A model generated the notes under the pieces. That model was not told where the DNA came from, ran no database searches, and was given only the letters and a program-made list of their open reading frames with translations. A program made the position numbers and the translations under genes. Below, piece after piece: positions 41,224 to 54,742 of a stretch of DNA of 64,000 nt; the stretch's first letter is position 1, and the number at the start of each line of letters is the position of its first letter. Origin of the DNA: Octopus vulgaris. Lineage: Eukaryota. The stretch lies in contig OX597818.1 in assembly GCA_951406725.2 (NCBI GenBank), positions 1,674,001-1,738,000 on the forward strand, given 5' to 3'.

Positions 41224-41698
41224 TTATATATATACAAATATATAAAAGCACTACACTCATTATCATATTAGGATATATATATATATATATATATGCTGAT
41301 CAATTGTTTTTGTCCCATTTTGTCTCAAATTCAACGGTGAAACAAAAATCAATCAGCCCTTCAACTCTGTGAAAGTATATGTGTGCGCGTGTAAAAGGGA
41401 GGATGTGAATGTGAATGTGTCATTCCTGTTTTTATTCGTTACTGTTTCCAATTTTATCTTCGTCTCTTGTTTTCCTATTCGTCTCTGTTGTCACATTCTT
41501 TCCTTCTACCAAGGAAATCTAATGCCCATAGCTTAGCTTTTCCTTGGGGCTGGCCGTTTTGGAGCAAATCTCAGAATTAAACAGCCGAAATTTGCCATGA
41601 TGAATCGGTTTCTGACTGAAGAATGAAGGCTCTGAATGACTGTCTGTTTTCCGTGTTCGTCAATTCGTGAATTTCACGTTCTTTATATATAAAGTTTT

Positions 41699-41826
<128 letters not shown>

Positions 41827-41924
41827 CAGATATGTGTGTGTGTGTGTGTGTGTGTGTGTATAATACATGCTAACACGTACGTGCATACATAAATCAAAGA
41901 ATATAGGTACCAGATCATTTTAAT

Positions 41925-44745
41925 ACTTCATTGACAATCGTTTTGTGGAGTTGCTGTATACATCCGTGATGACCTCACATCCCAGGTCTTACTGTCATAT
42001 TCAAATTCGGTATGTGACACTCTGATTGTATACATAAGACAACATAATATAGTCATAGGCAATACATATTGCCCACCGGATGCTCCAAACCACATAGGAA
42101 AGTTTGAAGATTGCCTCACAAGAATTAAAGAAATCCCCATGAATCTGGAACACCACGTGACCATATTTCTTATGGGTGATTTCAACTTTCCCCAACGTCA
42201 AATGGCCCGAAAGTCTCATACTCTCAGGAATGACTTATTGCAAGCAAGCACAGGTGGAGTCTCTGCTCAACCTCACCAATGCCCTATTCATGGAGCAAGC
42301 TGTACTCAGCTCAACTAGGGCGAATAACATTCTGGATCTTTGCTTCACGAACAATATGGACATCATTCCTAATGTGAAAGTGACACTGACATTAGACTAG
42401 GATCACATCATAATAGAGCTGTCTATGTTTGGGCCGAAAGTAACCAGAGACATACAGCCTAAAGAAAGCACCCGAAATCTCTCCAATCTGAACTTCCACA
42501 AAGCAGATTGGAAATCGACCCAAAAAGAGATCCTCAAAGAGGACTGGCCGAAATGTCTCTCCACACCAGACATTGACATGAAACTAGAATGTGTCATGTC
42601 TTTTGTGCAAGCCATATGCCAGAAATATGTCCCAGAGCACAAGGCCAAAACAAATAGGAACCAGATTGCAAGGGAAATGAAGATCCTCATGAGACGACGG
42701 ACGAAGGTTGCAAATCGACTCAACCAGCATCACAAAAGTAGCGAAACGTCCCGCCTAAAAACAACACATGGAGATCGAAAAAAGGCTGCAACAATCCTAT
42801 ATAAGGGAGAAAGTAGACAAAGAAACCTGGGTTATAAAAATCATTAAGTCAAACCCAAAGGCCTTCTTTCATTGCGCGAACGAAACAGCCTCAGTACACT
42901 ACAAGATAGGACCCTCTTCCAAAAGGATGGCTCCCTCACAGAGAGTCCAACTAAGATCAGTGAGATACTGAATGACCTGTTCAAAAGTGTCTTTACCACC
43001 CCGTTGGAACACAGACAAGTGAACAAACCAGCGGACTTCTTTGCCGTCTCACCTATAACCAGCGAGGCAGTTACAACGGAATGAATTGACATTAGCGAAG
43101 ATATACTACTAGCCATAGATGAAGTGGACACAAACTCAACTGCTGGTCCTGATGGTTTCCCATCAATCCTCCTCAAATCGTGTAAGCGTGCCCTGGCAAA
43201 ACCCCTCCAAATTCTCTTCCAGAGCTTTCTTACAAATGGCAAACTTCCAAGAAAGCTGAAGGAGGGAATAATATGCCCAATACATAAAGGGGGAAGTAGA
43301 GCAGATGACTTCACACATCAGCAAAGGCATGGAACGGATAATCAGAGGGAAACTAATCGCTTTCTTTGAAGAATATAACTTGCTGAGTGATACCAGCATA
43401 GTTTTCGACCAGGTAGGAGCTGCCTGACCCAGCTCTTACAACATTATGACTGGGTGTTGAGGCAGTTACTCAACAAATCGAATGTGGACATAATATACCT
43501 TGATTTTGCAACAGCTTTTGACAAGGTGGATCATGGTATGTTATGCCACAAACTACGTGACCTTGGCATAGTTGGAAAACTTGGAGAGTGGTTACATGAC
43601 TTCCTGAAAGATAGGAGTCAGGCAGTAGTGGCTAATGGAGCCACCTCTATGAACACTCAAATAGTGAGCGGTGTTCCACAGGGCACTGTCTTGGGACCAT
43701 TGCTTTTTATAATGGCCCTCTCAAATATGCCCTCAAATGCCCGGATAGCCACCCTTGCAAGCTATGCAGATGATACGAAAGTCTCGCAGAAAATACAGAA
43801 CCCCAGCGATGTTGCACACCTGCAGCAGGAGTTGGACTCAATTTATAGATGGGCTGAGGATAATAACATGCAGTTTAATGCTGAAAAACTCCAAGCCCTG
43901 CGCTACCAGCATCCAAACCTGAATGTGAAACTTACAGGGTACACCGGTCCACAGGGAGTTTCAATCCCAGAGCCTAAGTCTGCGAGGGACCGGGGTATCG
44001 ACATGGGTGATGATACCTCTTTTCAAGTGCACGTTACCAGGATGGCGACAAGGTGCAGACGACTGGCTGGATGGATCCTATGAACATTCAAAACCAGAGA
44101 TAAGGAAGCCATGATGGTCCTCTGGCGGACATTCGTCCTTAGCCCCCTGGATTACTGCTCACAGCTATGACCACCCACCAGTGTGAAACTAACAGCGGAC
44201 CTTGAAGCAATCCAGAGAAGATGCACAAAGAAGATCGTCTCTTTGCAACAGCTCAGCTACTGGGAAAGGTTGAAACAGTTAAGACTCTACTCCCTGGAGA
44301 GAAGATGGGAGAGGTATGCAGTAATATATATTTGGAAGATCCTGGAAGGAATCGTGCCAAATTTTGGCATTGAAAGCTAAACCAATGCCAGACCGGGACG
44401 ACACTGCATAGTGCCAAAGGTCCCAGCAATGCCATCACGCTTCAGGACCAGTTAATGCAACAGCCTGGGTTTCAAGGGCCCACAGCTTTTTAATATTCTC
44501 CCAAAGAGTCTGACGAACTTGCTCAAAGTGGATGTAGGGTTTTTTTAATCAAAGCTGGATCTCTTCCTGTCGAGAGTCCCAGATGAACCTACCTCACGAC
44601 AAGAGGTGCAAATGAGGGTAGCTATGTCAAACTCCATGCTTCACCAAGAGCCACATACTAGATGAGGCTCTTAGTAATCACAGTGTAGCAAAACGGCAGT
44701 GTATCAGAATGGCCACAGCTCTGAACTGAAACTAGAGAGAGAAAA
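41925..44745 (+). mobile_element. CR1-group LINE ORF2 (APE + RT), 5'-truncated and degraded, with 3' tail
   Basis: EN: GVAVYIRD, MGDFNFP, NILDLCFTN. RT: TAGPDG, YLDFATAFDKVDH, SGVPQGTVLGPLLF, YADDTK, then LYSLERR.ERY. 3' tail ATGGCCACAGCTCTGAACTGAAAC. Confidence 0.92.
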
Positions 44746-45916
44746 AATACAACATAATTAATTTTGCGTTAAACTGTAACCCTGTCAACAACATGTACAA
44801 TGTGGGATTTCTTTCGTAACACATGTTGAACATGATTCCTCAGAACCTAATGAGTTTTTCAATGGCTCAATCTCCATCAACGATCATCTGGTTACTAATG
44901 GAAAGCATCATACCGTTCTGGTGAGGGTGTTGTTCCGACTCTAGTGTTGTTATTGCCCCTGAGAAGGATTACTGCTGACTGTATTTTAGCCGATTAAATT
45001 TTTTAAGTTACTTTTGTCTTTATTATTCTGTCGAGGGTTTTTATCTCTCGTGGAAACCTGCATCAATTTTTGGTGATCGGTTGTGCTGGGATGTTGTTAA
45101 CACATATACATGAAAGTGTCTTCAAATACTTGCCAAATCACTTTTATTTCGAAGCGATTGGTAGTGAAGGACCAGTCAACGAGTGATAGAGCATGTGCAC
45201 TTGCACTTTATGTTGAGTCCATGATGTCAAATGGATGTAGTACGGCCAGCGATTTGGGGCTAAGTTTCAAATATTATAAAAATGAGATTACAAAATATGA
45301 TATACGGGAGAGGGCTTTTTCGACTGAATAGTGATAATTTGGTTCCTTAAAACTAGCTCTTAAACAATTTACAAACACACATACAGAGACAGATACATTC
45401 ATATTCACATATATATATATGTATGTATATGCATATATGTTTGTGCGTGTGTGTGTGCACTGTATATGTATATGTGTATATACATACATACATACATACA
45501 TACATACATACATACATACATACATACATACATACATACATACATACACACCCAGGTACTGGCACAAACATAATATCAAACATGTATACATGCATACAAA
45601 TACATATATGAAAACCGAAAGGAGTACATTGTAGAAGAGACATTTTATATATTTAAAAATAGATAGAAAAGCGTATTATAATTATTTAATGCGTATTTTT
45701 TCTAGTATAGTCTATTTTGTCGTACCAAATACTTTCGTTGCACTTCCACGACTTGGTAGCAAAAATGGGACAGGTCATAAAAATGCGATGAACTTTGATT
45801 TTTCTTAACAGCCAAAATTAAGTTATAAATGGCAATGTGTTGAAACTATTGGCTAAAATGCCCCTCTAGCCATATGCTTTATCCATCCATACACCTATAC
45901 ATTCATACATCAATAC

Positions 45917-45960
45917 ATACATAATACATTTATATCTGTCTATTCATATATGTATATATG

Positions 45961-46036
<76 letters not shown>

Positions 46037-46080
46037 CATATATACATATATGAATAGACAGATATAAATGTATTATGTAT
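45917..46080. repeat. Perfect palindrome centred on (TA)n
   Basis: ATACATAATACATTTATATCTGTCTATTCATATATG is mirrored by CATATATGAATAGACAGATATAAATGTATTATGTAT. Confidence 0.9.
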
Positions 46081-46317
46081 TTGAAGACAGCAGGCATGAA
46101 ACGATCGTAGTGTGATATTAATTATATTTTTTTAATAATTTTGTTACATATTTAAATAATATAAATTAATCATATGTATTGGCTTAAGTTTTTCATTGTT
46201 TGATTTGCCTAATAGTGGTTTTGTCTCTAATTTAATATAATATAATATTTTACTATAAAATTGGATTCAATCCTAAATCTGATTTTTCCCTGTAAGTTTG
46301 GATTTATTCCCTAATAT

Positions 46318-46383
<66 letters not shown>

Positions 46384-46623
46384 AATATTAGGGAATAAAT
46401 CCAAACTTACAGGGAAAAATCAGATTTAGGATTGAATCCAATTTTATAGTAAAATATTATATTATATTAAATTAGAGACAAAACCACTATTAGGCAAATC
46501 AAACAATGAAAAACTTAAGCCAATACATATGATTAATTTATATTATTTAAATATGTAACAAAATTATTAAAAAAATATAATTAATATCACACTACGATCG
46601 TTTCATGCCTGCTGTCTTCAAAT
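46079..46623. repeat. ~245-bp perfect inverted repeat around (TA)n (PLE pseudo-LTR type)
   Basis: 46079-46323 is the reverse complement of 46379-46623. Confidence 0.93.
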
Positions 46624-46651
46624 TTTTGGGTCACAGTCATTCATCAGGTGG
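46588..46651 (-). ncRNA. Type-I hammerhead ribozyme (family B), palindromic stem III
   Basis: Minus strand: CAC-CUGAUGA-AUG[acugu...acagcagg]CAU-GAA-ACGAUCGU-A-GUG. Intact core, GUA cleavage triplet, short stem I CAC/GUG. Confidence 0.8.
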
Positions 46652-46721
46652 TTTAAATATTTTTCTTGGCGAGGTTTAAACAAATCATTGTTTGATTTGC
46701 CTAATAGTGGTCTCTAATTTA

Positions 46722-46759
<38 letters not shown>

Positions 46760-46768
46760 TAAATATAG

Positions 46769-46802
<34 letters not shown>

Positions 46803-46809
46803 ACATACA

Positions 46810-47768
46810 GGGAGAACGATCAACCAGTTTAAAGTCACACACAGCAACCATTGAAGCCTAGGACTTGTGTGCTGGAGCATTGTCCTGAGACAAGACCCCT
46901 TTCATCTATTTTTCTGGCCGTTTGATCATGATAGACTTTCATAACTACCTCAGCAAGTTGACATAGTACTTCTTATGTGGCCTTTTTGATGCATTTAGCA
47001 TCCCAAAAAGATAAGGCCGTCACATTCCCCGTAGATGAACCGACCTTGGTCTCCTTTGGAGCAGATGAGTAGTGCTTCCACTGCATGGGTTGTCTCTTTA
47101 TCTCTGGCTCAAAGTGATGAATCCAACAGTCATCCTGTGTTAAGAAACATTCAAGGAGAACAGTTTGATCTACCATATACAATGCCAAACCTTCGATTGC
47201 TGTGGTCAGCCCGGTGCGGTTTTGATCATGTGTCAGAAGACGTGGCACCCAGCGAGCAGAAAACTTCATCATGCCAAGTTCATAGTGCAGAATATTCTCA
47301 ACTCTTTCACGAGATATCCAATAGCATTGATTATTTGATTCATAGTCAATCGTCTGTCATTCATTACCATGTGGCGAACCCTGTCAATGTTTTCCTCGGT
47401 GGTGGCAGTTTCAGGACGCCCAGACGTAGGGTGATCTTCAAGACTCTCCTTTCTCCTCCTAAATTCAGCTACCCACTTTTGCACAGTTCATAAGGCGTCA
47501 TCCCCTAATGTAGCAACCATATCAACATGAATGTCCTTGGAGGCTAATGCCTTTTCCTGCGGGTACTTGATAAATTGATGATTCCAATTTTGTCAATTTC
47601 CAAGAGAAGTCGCTACTAGTTAGTTTTGAAGTGTTCTTTGGACAGTCTGATGCCACTTTACTTGGAAATAAACAATGTAGTTATTAATAAGAAGAAATGA
47701 AATTAATGTATACATAATGAATAATTACCCCCTCATAGTTAGCCTATGAAATTTTCAGCCCATCTTCG
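46810..47768 (-). mobile_element. Second mariner element, old and 3'-incomplete
   Basis: ORFs KWVAEFRRRKESLED..SGRP and KFSARWVPRLLT..TQDDCWIHHFEPE. One TIR-like end TA-CGAAGATGGGCTGAAAATTTCATAGGCT at 47741-47770. Confidence 0.85.
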
Positions 47769-48472
47769 TACTTCACAGTCTGGAAGATTCCGCAAGAGAA
47801 TGGACTCTTGGGTAATTGTAGAAAAACGGAATCCATCAGGTACAATATAGATCGCACCGACTGGAAGCTCAATAACGCCAATAAATTCTTTCACATATCA
47901 AGCGACCAACATAATATCCAGACAGTCAGATGTTATGTATTAATAAAACTTGTGTGCAACATTTAAGTCTCAGAACAATCAAGGTAATTTAAGTTTGCAG
48001 GTAGTTTGTAAAATAATTTGTTGTAGGAAGTGGTTGAAACTATGTTAGTTTATTGCTCTTCCACCTGGAGTCTTGACATTGTGTTGGATGGCACGTCTAC
48101 ACACACTTTTCGTTCCATTTTGGGTGTGGCCTAGAAAGAACACTCTACTAAATACATGATATGCAATGAGCTTCCTGAAGGATTAGACATCCTTATAGAA
48201 AGACAAAGGTGACTTCACTAAACACTGAATTAAGGAGGAGGTGGTTAGTGTCCCCATTCTTGGATTACATGGTCAAGATTGTAATCACATGGGTTGCCTT
48301 GAGAAAACAGACGACGATCAGTTAACAGATGACACTAGATGTCACTTAGAGAAACTGTCACATGACATGGACAATAGAGATGGGTGGAGTATCAGAGCGA
48401 TGACTATCCGAGCAAACTCGACCTGAAATTCATATATATGAAATACATACATACATACATACATACATACAT

Positions 48473-48505
<33 letters not shown>

Positions 48506-48512
48506 TACATAT

Positions 48513-48588
<76 letters not shown>

Positions 48589-48591
<3 letters not shown>

Positions 48592-49887
48592 ACATAAGGG
48601 ACTAAAGCCATCTGAATATGGCTAGGGACAGGGCAGGGGTGGTGGGGGTGTTACTGTTGCATTTAGCCCCAGGCGAACATCGACGTCACCAGAAAGGCTC
48701 GACACCGTCACGGTGCCCTAAACCTGCAAAGGGAGGTAATTCCCCGATGAAGCGGAAACCACACACGGACCATGGTTTCAAGGTGTATTGCCTATCATCG
48801 GCGTGTGGTAGGCCTCCGCTTCCTCGACGAATTCTCTCTCTGCAGGATTTTCTTATATAGATTTTCAAGCAAAATACATTTGCTGATTTCGAAAATCTGT
48901 TCGAAAGCAATAATAATTCTCTAAAAGGGATATAGACAGTAACTGCTCGATAACATAAGGGACTAAAGCCATCTGAATATGGCTAGGGACAGGGCAGGGT
49001 GGTGGGGGTGTTACTGTTGCATTTAGCCCCAGGCGAACATCGACGTCACCAGAAAGGCTCGACACCGTCACGGTGCCCTAAACCTGCAAAGGGAGGTAAT
49101 TCCCCGATGAATCGGAAACCACACACGGACCATGGTTTCAAGGTGTATTGCCTATCATCGGCGTGTGGTAGGCCTCCGCTTCCTCGACGAATTCTCTCTC
49201 TGCAGGATTTTCTTATATAGATTTTCAAGCAAAATACATTTGCTGATTTCGAAAATCTGTTCGAAAGCAATAATAATTCTCTAAAAGGGATATAGACAGT
49301 AACTGCTCGATAACATAAGGGACTAAAGCCATCTGAATATGGCTAGGGACAGGGCAGGGTGGTGGGGGTGTTACTGTTGCATTTAGCCCCAGGCGAACAT
49401 CGACGTCACCAGAAAGGCTCGACACCGTCACGGTGCCCTAAACCTGCAAAGGGAGGTAATTCCCCGATGAAGCGGAAACCACACACGGACCATGGTTTCA
49501 AGGTGTATTGCCTATCATCGGCGTGTGGTAGGCCTCCAATTCCTCGACGAATTCTCTCTCTGCAGGATTTTCTTATATAGATTTTCAAGCAAAATACATT
49601 TGCTGATTTCGAAAATCTGTTCGAAAGCAATAATAATTCTCTAAAAGGGATATAGACAGTAACTGCTCGATAACATAAGGGACTAAAGCCATCTGAATAT
49701 GGCTAGGGACAGGGCAGGGTGGTGGGGGTGTTACTGTTGCATTTAGCCCCAGGCGAACATCGACGTCACCAGAAAGGCTCGACACCGTCACGGTGCCCTA
49801 AACCTGCAAAGGGAGGTAATTCCCCGATGAAGCGGAAACCACACACGGACCATGGTTTCAAGGTGTATTGCCTATCATCGGCGTGTG
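48589..49887. repeat. 360-bp tandem array, ~3.6 near-identical copies
   Basis: AACATAAGGGACTAAAGCC recurs at 48591, 48952, 49312 and 49672. Copies differ by 1-2 nt. Flanked by TA runs. Confidence 0.97.
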
Positions 49888-51058
49888 TATATATATGTAT
49901 CAAACAAAAATATTGTATCTTATTGACAGATGTGTGCCAATGTCTCACTAGTGCTTTATCTCTTAATTTAATAAAGCGACATGTCTATAGTATACTTCAT
50001 ATATGTCGACAACAATAGACACTGATTTCTGAAGATTTGCGGGGAAACAATTTGATGCCTATGGTACAAACAAAACTATGGTACAAGTGGACAAAGCCAC
50101 TTCTCTTCATTCCATGTAAATCGATGTGATTTACCCTGACAACTTTTCAAGGTGAAAGTAGCAGCCGTCTTGGACACTCGGCTAAGATTACATCAAAGGT
50201 AATCTGGCTACGAAACGAGGCCTCATAGCAACTTCACGACACTACTTAGACACCAAGCGTGCTACCGACCTTAAGAAAGAAAAACACAGCGACATGGTGA
50301 CGCACACAGAGCTCCGTCGGCCGATCATGCATGCACCAATGAATGAGGCCGGTAGTGCAACTGGACGACAAAAGTGGACGCATGTGAGGTGCACTTACGA
50401 CGGCACCGTCGCCTTCAATATGCTGGGGCTCATATTCAAGATCCACATTCCGAACTTTTCATACAATTTTATCTAATGTTACAACAGAGCTGGATTTACT
50501 GTGGAAGCTAGCATCATGTATTCCCTATAGTCTATTATAGTAAATAGAATACTTTTTTGATCGTGGACAGCGGGCATGTCATTTTTCATCACTACATACC
50601 CGTGTCGAAACTGAGTAATTTGGGAGCCAGCTGCCAAATTGGATGTGGTAATTGTTTCACACGCTCCCTCCAGAAATAGGGTATGATTCTTCCTTGCCCG
50701 TTGTCACCGCCTTAACCGAGCCATCGACAGAGGATAGAAAGGACTCCCAAGGCGCTCGGATACATAAAAGGGTCGGTTCATTGTTATATTTTCATATAAA
50801 AACTTACTGACTCATCAAAATGGAAGGTGCGACACGGCAAGCACCAACAAGTGACCAACAGCTGCCTCGATGGATTGGACGTGTCAGTCACAGACTAATA
50901 TTTGTGGCCGGAAGACATAGACACTGGTGACGAGCAACGGCGACGAGACCAGCGGCTAGCAGTACTGAATGCTGTTTCATCATATCCCCGGAAGCAACCT
51001 GCGATCGCGGTTTTAGTTGTGTGTATCTAATATATAAAATAGTCCTGTGTGTGTGTGA

Positions 51059-51130
<72 letters not shown>

Positions 51131-51370
51131 TCGCTTTTCACGCGAAAACAGCTGCGCGATTTCGTTCCGTACTTGAGATGCATGAATAATCTGACCTCGG
51201 ATACATAAAAGGGTCTTCATTTTATATTTTCATTAAAAATAAGTAATATTGCTTTATATATATGGTTCACTTCTTTAAAAAGGTTTTTCAATGTCAACTT
51301 CAGGTACTGACGTAGCAACTGCAGCTAGCTAGATACACACGTGTATGTCTGACGTAGAAATTGTGGCTAG

Positions 51371-51429
<59 letters not shown>

Positions 51430-51433
<4 letters not shown>

Positions 51434-52023
51434 TGTATACAATACGCCGTTGACGAATATTTACATTTTAACGCTTCTATTTCATTTCAGTTGCATTGTT
51501 TTCTTGGTTCATGGCGAAAATGTATGAATGTCACAGCTTCCTATATATTTTTAACTTGAAATTCTTAATCTTCATGTTTCTCATAGAAACATTCTTCTAA
51601 GGATTTCTGTTACATTCCGTCTCTATCTATCTAAATCTATATCTATTTCTATCGGGTACATCAATAATATCACTTGGGATACAATAATATGGTCTGTCAG
51701 TCTGTCTGTCTGTCTGTCTGATCTGTCTATCTATCTAGTACCTCAAAGAAACATTCTTCTGAGGATTTCTGTTACTCTCTATATCTCTATCTAATTAACC
51801 GCTTGTATTTCAGTTCAGTCACATTGTTTTTTTGGGTTCCTGGGAAAAATACATGAATGTCACAGCTTCCCATATATTCTTAGCTTGAAAATCTTAATCT
51901 TCACGTTCCTAATAGAACCATTCTTCAAAGGATTTCTGTTACTATCTCTCTATCTCTCTATCCAAATCTACATTTAACTCCCTATCTATATTTATCTATA
52001 TCTATCTTTCTATCTATCTGTCA

Positions 52024-52060
<37 letters not shown>

Positions 52061-52265
52061 GCTAGCTATTTGTCTATGTATCTATCTACGCCGTTATGTA
52101 TACAATACGCCGTTGATGACTGTATACATTTCACCCGCTTCTATTTCAATTCAGTCGCATTGTTTTTTTGAGTTCCCGGGAAAATTCATGAACGTCACAG
52201 CTTCCTATATATTTTTAGCTTAAAAATACTACTTTTTACGTTCCTCATAGAAACATAACGATTTC
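51430..52265. repeat. Three diverged ~170-bp units separated by (TCTA)/(TCTG) tracts, upstream of the Helitron remnant
   Basis: ATGAATGTCACAGCTTCC..TAGAAACATTCTTC..GGATTTCTGTTAC recurs near 51525, 51855 and 52190. Confidence 0.75.
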
Positions 52266-52389
52266 TGGTATCAAAAGAATTATTACAGATTCTTTCATTG
52301 CTTACAATCTTCTGTGCCGGTGTATTTCTGTATCCGTAAATAACCATGCCTAGAAGGAAGGTGTCAAATTTGTCTCCAGTGCCAATTCC

Positions 52390-54270
52390 AACTACTAAGA
52401 GTGCTACTATCTAATGCTTCTGTTACACCATGTCAAAGGACCCACATCATTTACTGCCTTACGTATGGTTGACAACACAATATGTCTAACATATCACCAG
52501 ACTTGCCATCTCAGAGTTCTTCTGGAAGATGATGCACATTGAGATGCCACTCTGAGAGAGGCACACATGTGAAAGTCTCCTAAGCAGTTGAGAAGCCTCT
52601 TCCCTATAATGCTGGTGAACTGTATGTTGTCAAATCCGAAACAACTTTGGTACAAATACAAGGAAGGGCTTTGTGAAGACATTCTTCAAAGAATTTAATA
52701 TCAGTATGAGGGTGATGTCACATTCAATAATGACATTTTCAATGAAGTATTAAGATTAATATAGGACAAGGTTTGATCAGTGGGTGGAAACAAACTTGAG
52801 CTCTATGGTCTTCTAGCTCCCGTCAGGGATGTTCAATACAGGTCAGCACAAGAGCTAATCAGGGAAATATCATACAACATGGAAAGTTTGCAAGCTGTTG
52901 TAAACGAGACGGAACCACTTCTGGTACAGGATCAAAAGGAGGTATTCTAGCAAGTTCTGACATCTGTGAATAATGACATTGGCGGGGTCTTCTTCTTAGA
53001 TGCTCCTAGATGCACAGGAAATACATTATTGATCAACCTGCTTCTTTATTTCATTATATTTGCCATAAAGGCTGTACATACAGTAAAGATCAACCTATTT
53101 CTTGCCAAGGTGAGACAGGAGAAGATTGCTCTGGCTGTTGCATCCTCTGGAATGGCAACCACACTCCTAACAGGTGGAAGAACATCCCATTCAACATCCA
53201 GGCCGCCTCTGAACCTGATCCCAAATGAATCTCCATTATGCAACATATCGAAGAATACAGCGTTAGCAAAGTTCCTGACAGATGCCAAACTCATTGTCTA
53301 GGATGAGGCAACAATGTACCAAAAGGCAGCCTTTGAAGCTCTTGATAGAACATTACAAGACTTTAGAAATAATAAGATTATGGGTGGCGTCACCCTCCTC
53401 ATGGTTGGTGACTTCAAACAAACTCTACCTGTCATTCACAGAGGAACAAAGGCAGATGAGCTAAGAGCTTGCATCAAGTCCTCATATATCTGGCAACATT
53501 TCAAGCAGCTTCCTCTGACAACTAACATTAGGAGTCATATTCATGGTGACCCATTAGCTGTAGAGTTCTCTAAGAAGTTATTTGACGTTGGAAGTGGAAA
53601 ACTTCCACAGGATACAGAAGAAGGTGTGCACCACCTCCGATGTCGCAGTATGACTGCCTCCATTGAAGAACTGAAGAGCAAGGTCTTTTGAAACAAAAGT
53701 CACAAGTGGCTGTATGAATGAACAATTTTGGTACCAAGGATTGATGCTGTAGACAAGCTGAATCTAAATTTGTTGTCTCAGCTTCCAGAAATTGAATGTT
53801 CATACAGATCAATCGACTCTGTCCCTGATCAAGAACAGGCAACGCATTACCCAGTGGAGTTCCTCAATTTACTTTAACCACCAGGATTTCTGCCACTCAT
53901 TTTGATCATGAAAACAGGTGCTTCTATAATGCTGTTAAAGAAACTTGATGTACCCAGACTCTGCAATGGAACAAGGTAGGTTGTTAAAAAGTCATGCCCC
54001 GTGTGTTAGAAGCAACAACAATTACAGGCAACATGTGTGAGAATGTCTTCATTCCAAGGCTCCCTCTCATCTCAAATGATCTTTCCTTTCAGTTCAAGTG
54101 ACTACAGCTCCCTGTCAAACTGAGCTTTGCAATATCTATCAACAAAACACAAGGTCAATTGCTAAAGGTGGTAGGATTTAACCTCCTTCAAGCATGTTTC
54201 TCACATGGTCAGTTGTATGTTGGATGTTCAGTGATAAACATGGCAATACAGACAGCATTATATGAAAAAA
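52390..54270 (+). pseudogene. Helitron RepHel C-terminal Pif1-type helicase remnant
   Basis: FFLDAPRCTGNT (degenerate Walker A), AVASSGMATTLLTGGRTSHS, ALDRTLQD, GGVTLLMVGDFKQTLPVI, LCNGTR, QLPVKLSFAISINKTQGQ, FSHGQLYVGCS. Confidence 0.92.
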
Positions 54271-54411
54271 GCACTTACAGGAATAGTATGTACATGTAAT
54301 GTAGAGAAGTGTAAAACCATTGAGTATTAAAAGTAAGTATTACTCTCTGAGAAATACACTAATCTTACACTACAAACAAAGAGTGGTGTGTTAAGTCTCT
54401 GAGTTTATAGC

Positions 54412-54657
54412 ACACCAACATCGGTTGTCAAGCGATGGTGGCGGGGACAAGCACGCACATACACACACACACACATCCAAATATATACATATATATATGC
54501 GACGGGCTTCTTTCAGCTTCCGCCTACCAAATCCACTCAGGAGTCTTTGATCGGCCTGAAGCTATAGTAGAAGACACTTACCCAAGGTGCCACACAGTGG
54601 AACTGAACCCAGGACTAAGCGGTTAGGAAGGAAGATTCATACCACACAGCCTCGCCT
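54412..54657 (-). mobile_element. SINE family 1, 5' two-thirds
   Basis: Homologous to 8495-8706. Confidence 0.8.
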
Positions 54658-54681
54658 ATATATATATATATATATATATAT

Positions 54682-54742
54682 AATAAAACTCAGAGTTTCG
54701 GATGCCGGGGCTGAAGTCTGCTCCCGCATCTCATCAGTTATT
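54682..54742 (-). ncRNA. Type-I hammerhead ribozyme (family C)
   Basis: Minus strand: AAUAA-CUGAUGA-GAUGCGGG..CCGGCAUC-C-GAA-ACUCUGAGU-U-UUAUU. Core intact, and stems I, II and III all pair. Confidence 0.82.

Noticed and set aside
48598-48730. HDV-like ribozyme fold in the 360-bp unit (GGCTAGG/TTTAGCC as P1, GCAGG/CCTGC as P2, CTAA as J4/2)
   Set aside because: P1.1 and L3 do not fit the consensus and the P2-P3 spacing is wrong. Not called without a descriptor search.
48589-49887. CRISPR array or repeated protein-coding exons
   Set aside because: Whole units are near-identical with no unique spacers, there are no cas genes, the context is eukaryotic, and the short ORFs have no recognisable domain.
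52966-53691. Host PIF1 helicase gene
   Set aside because: Intronless, with many stops and frameshifts, a degenerate Walker A and Helitron-type motifs.
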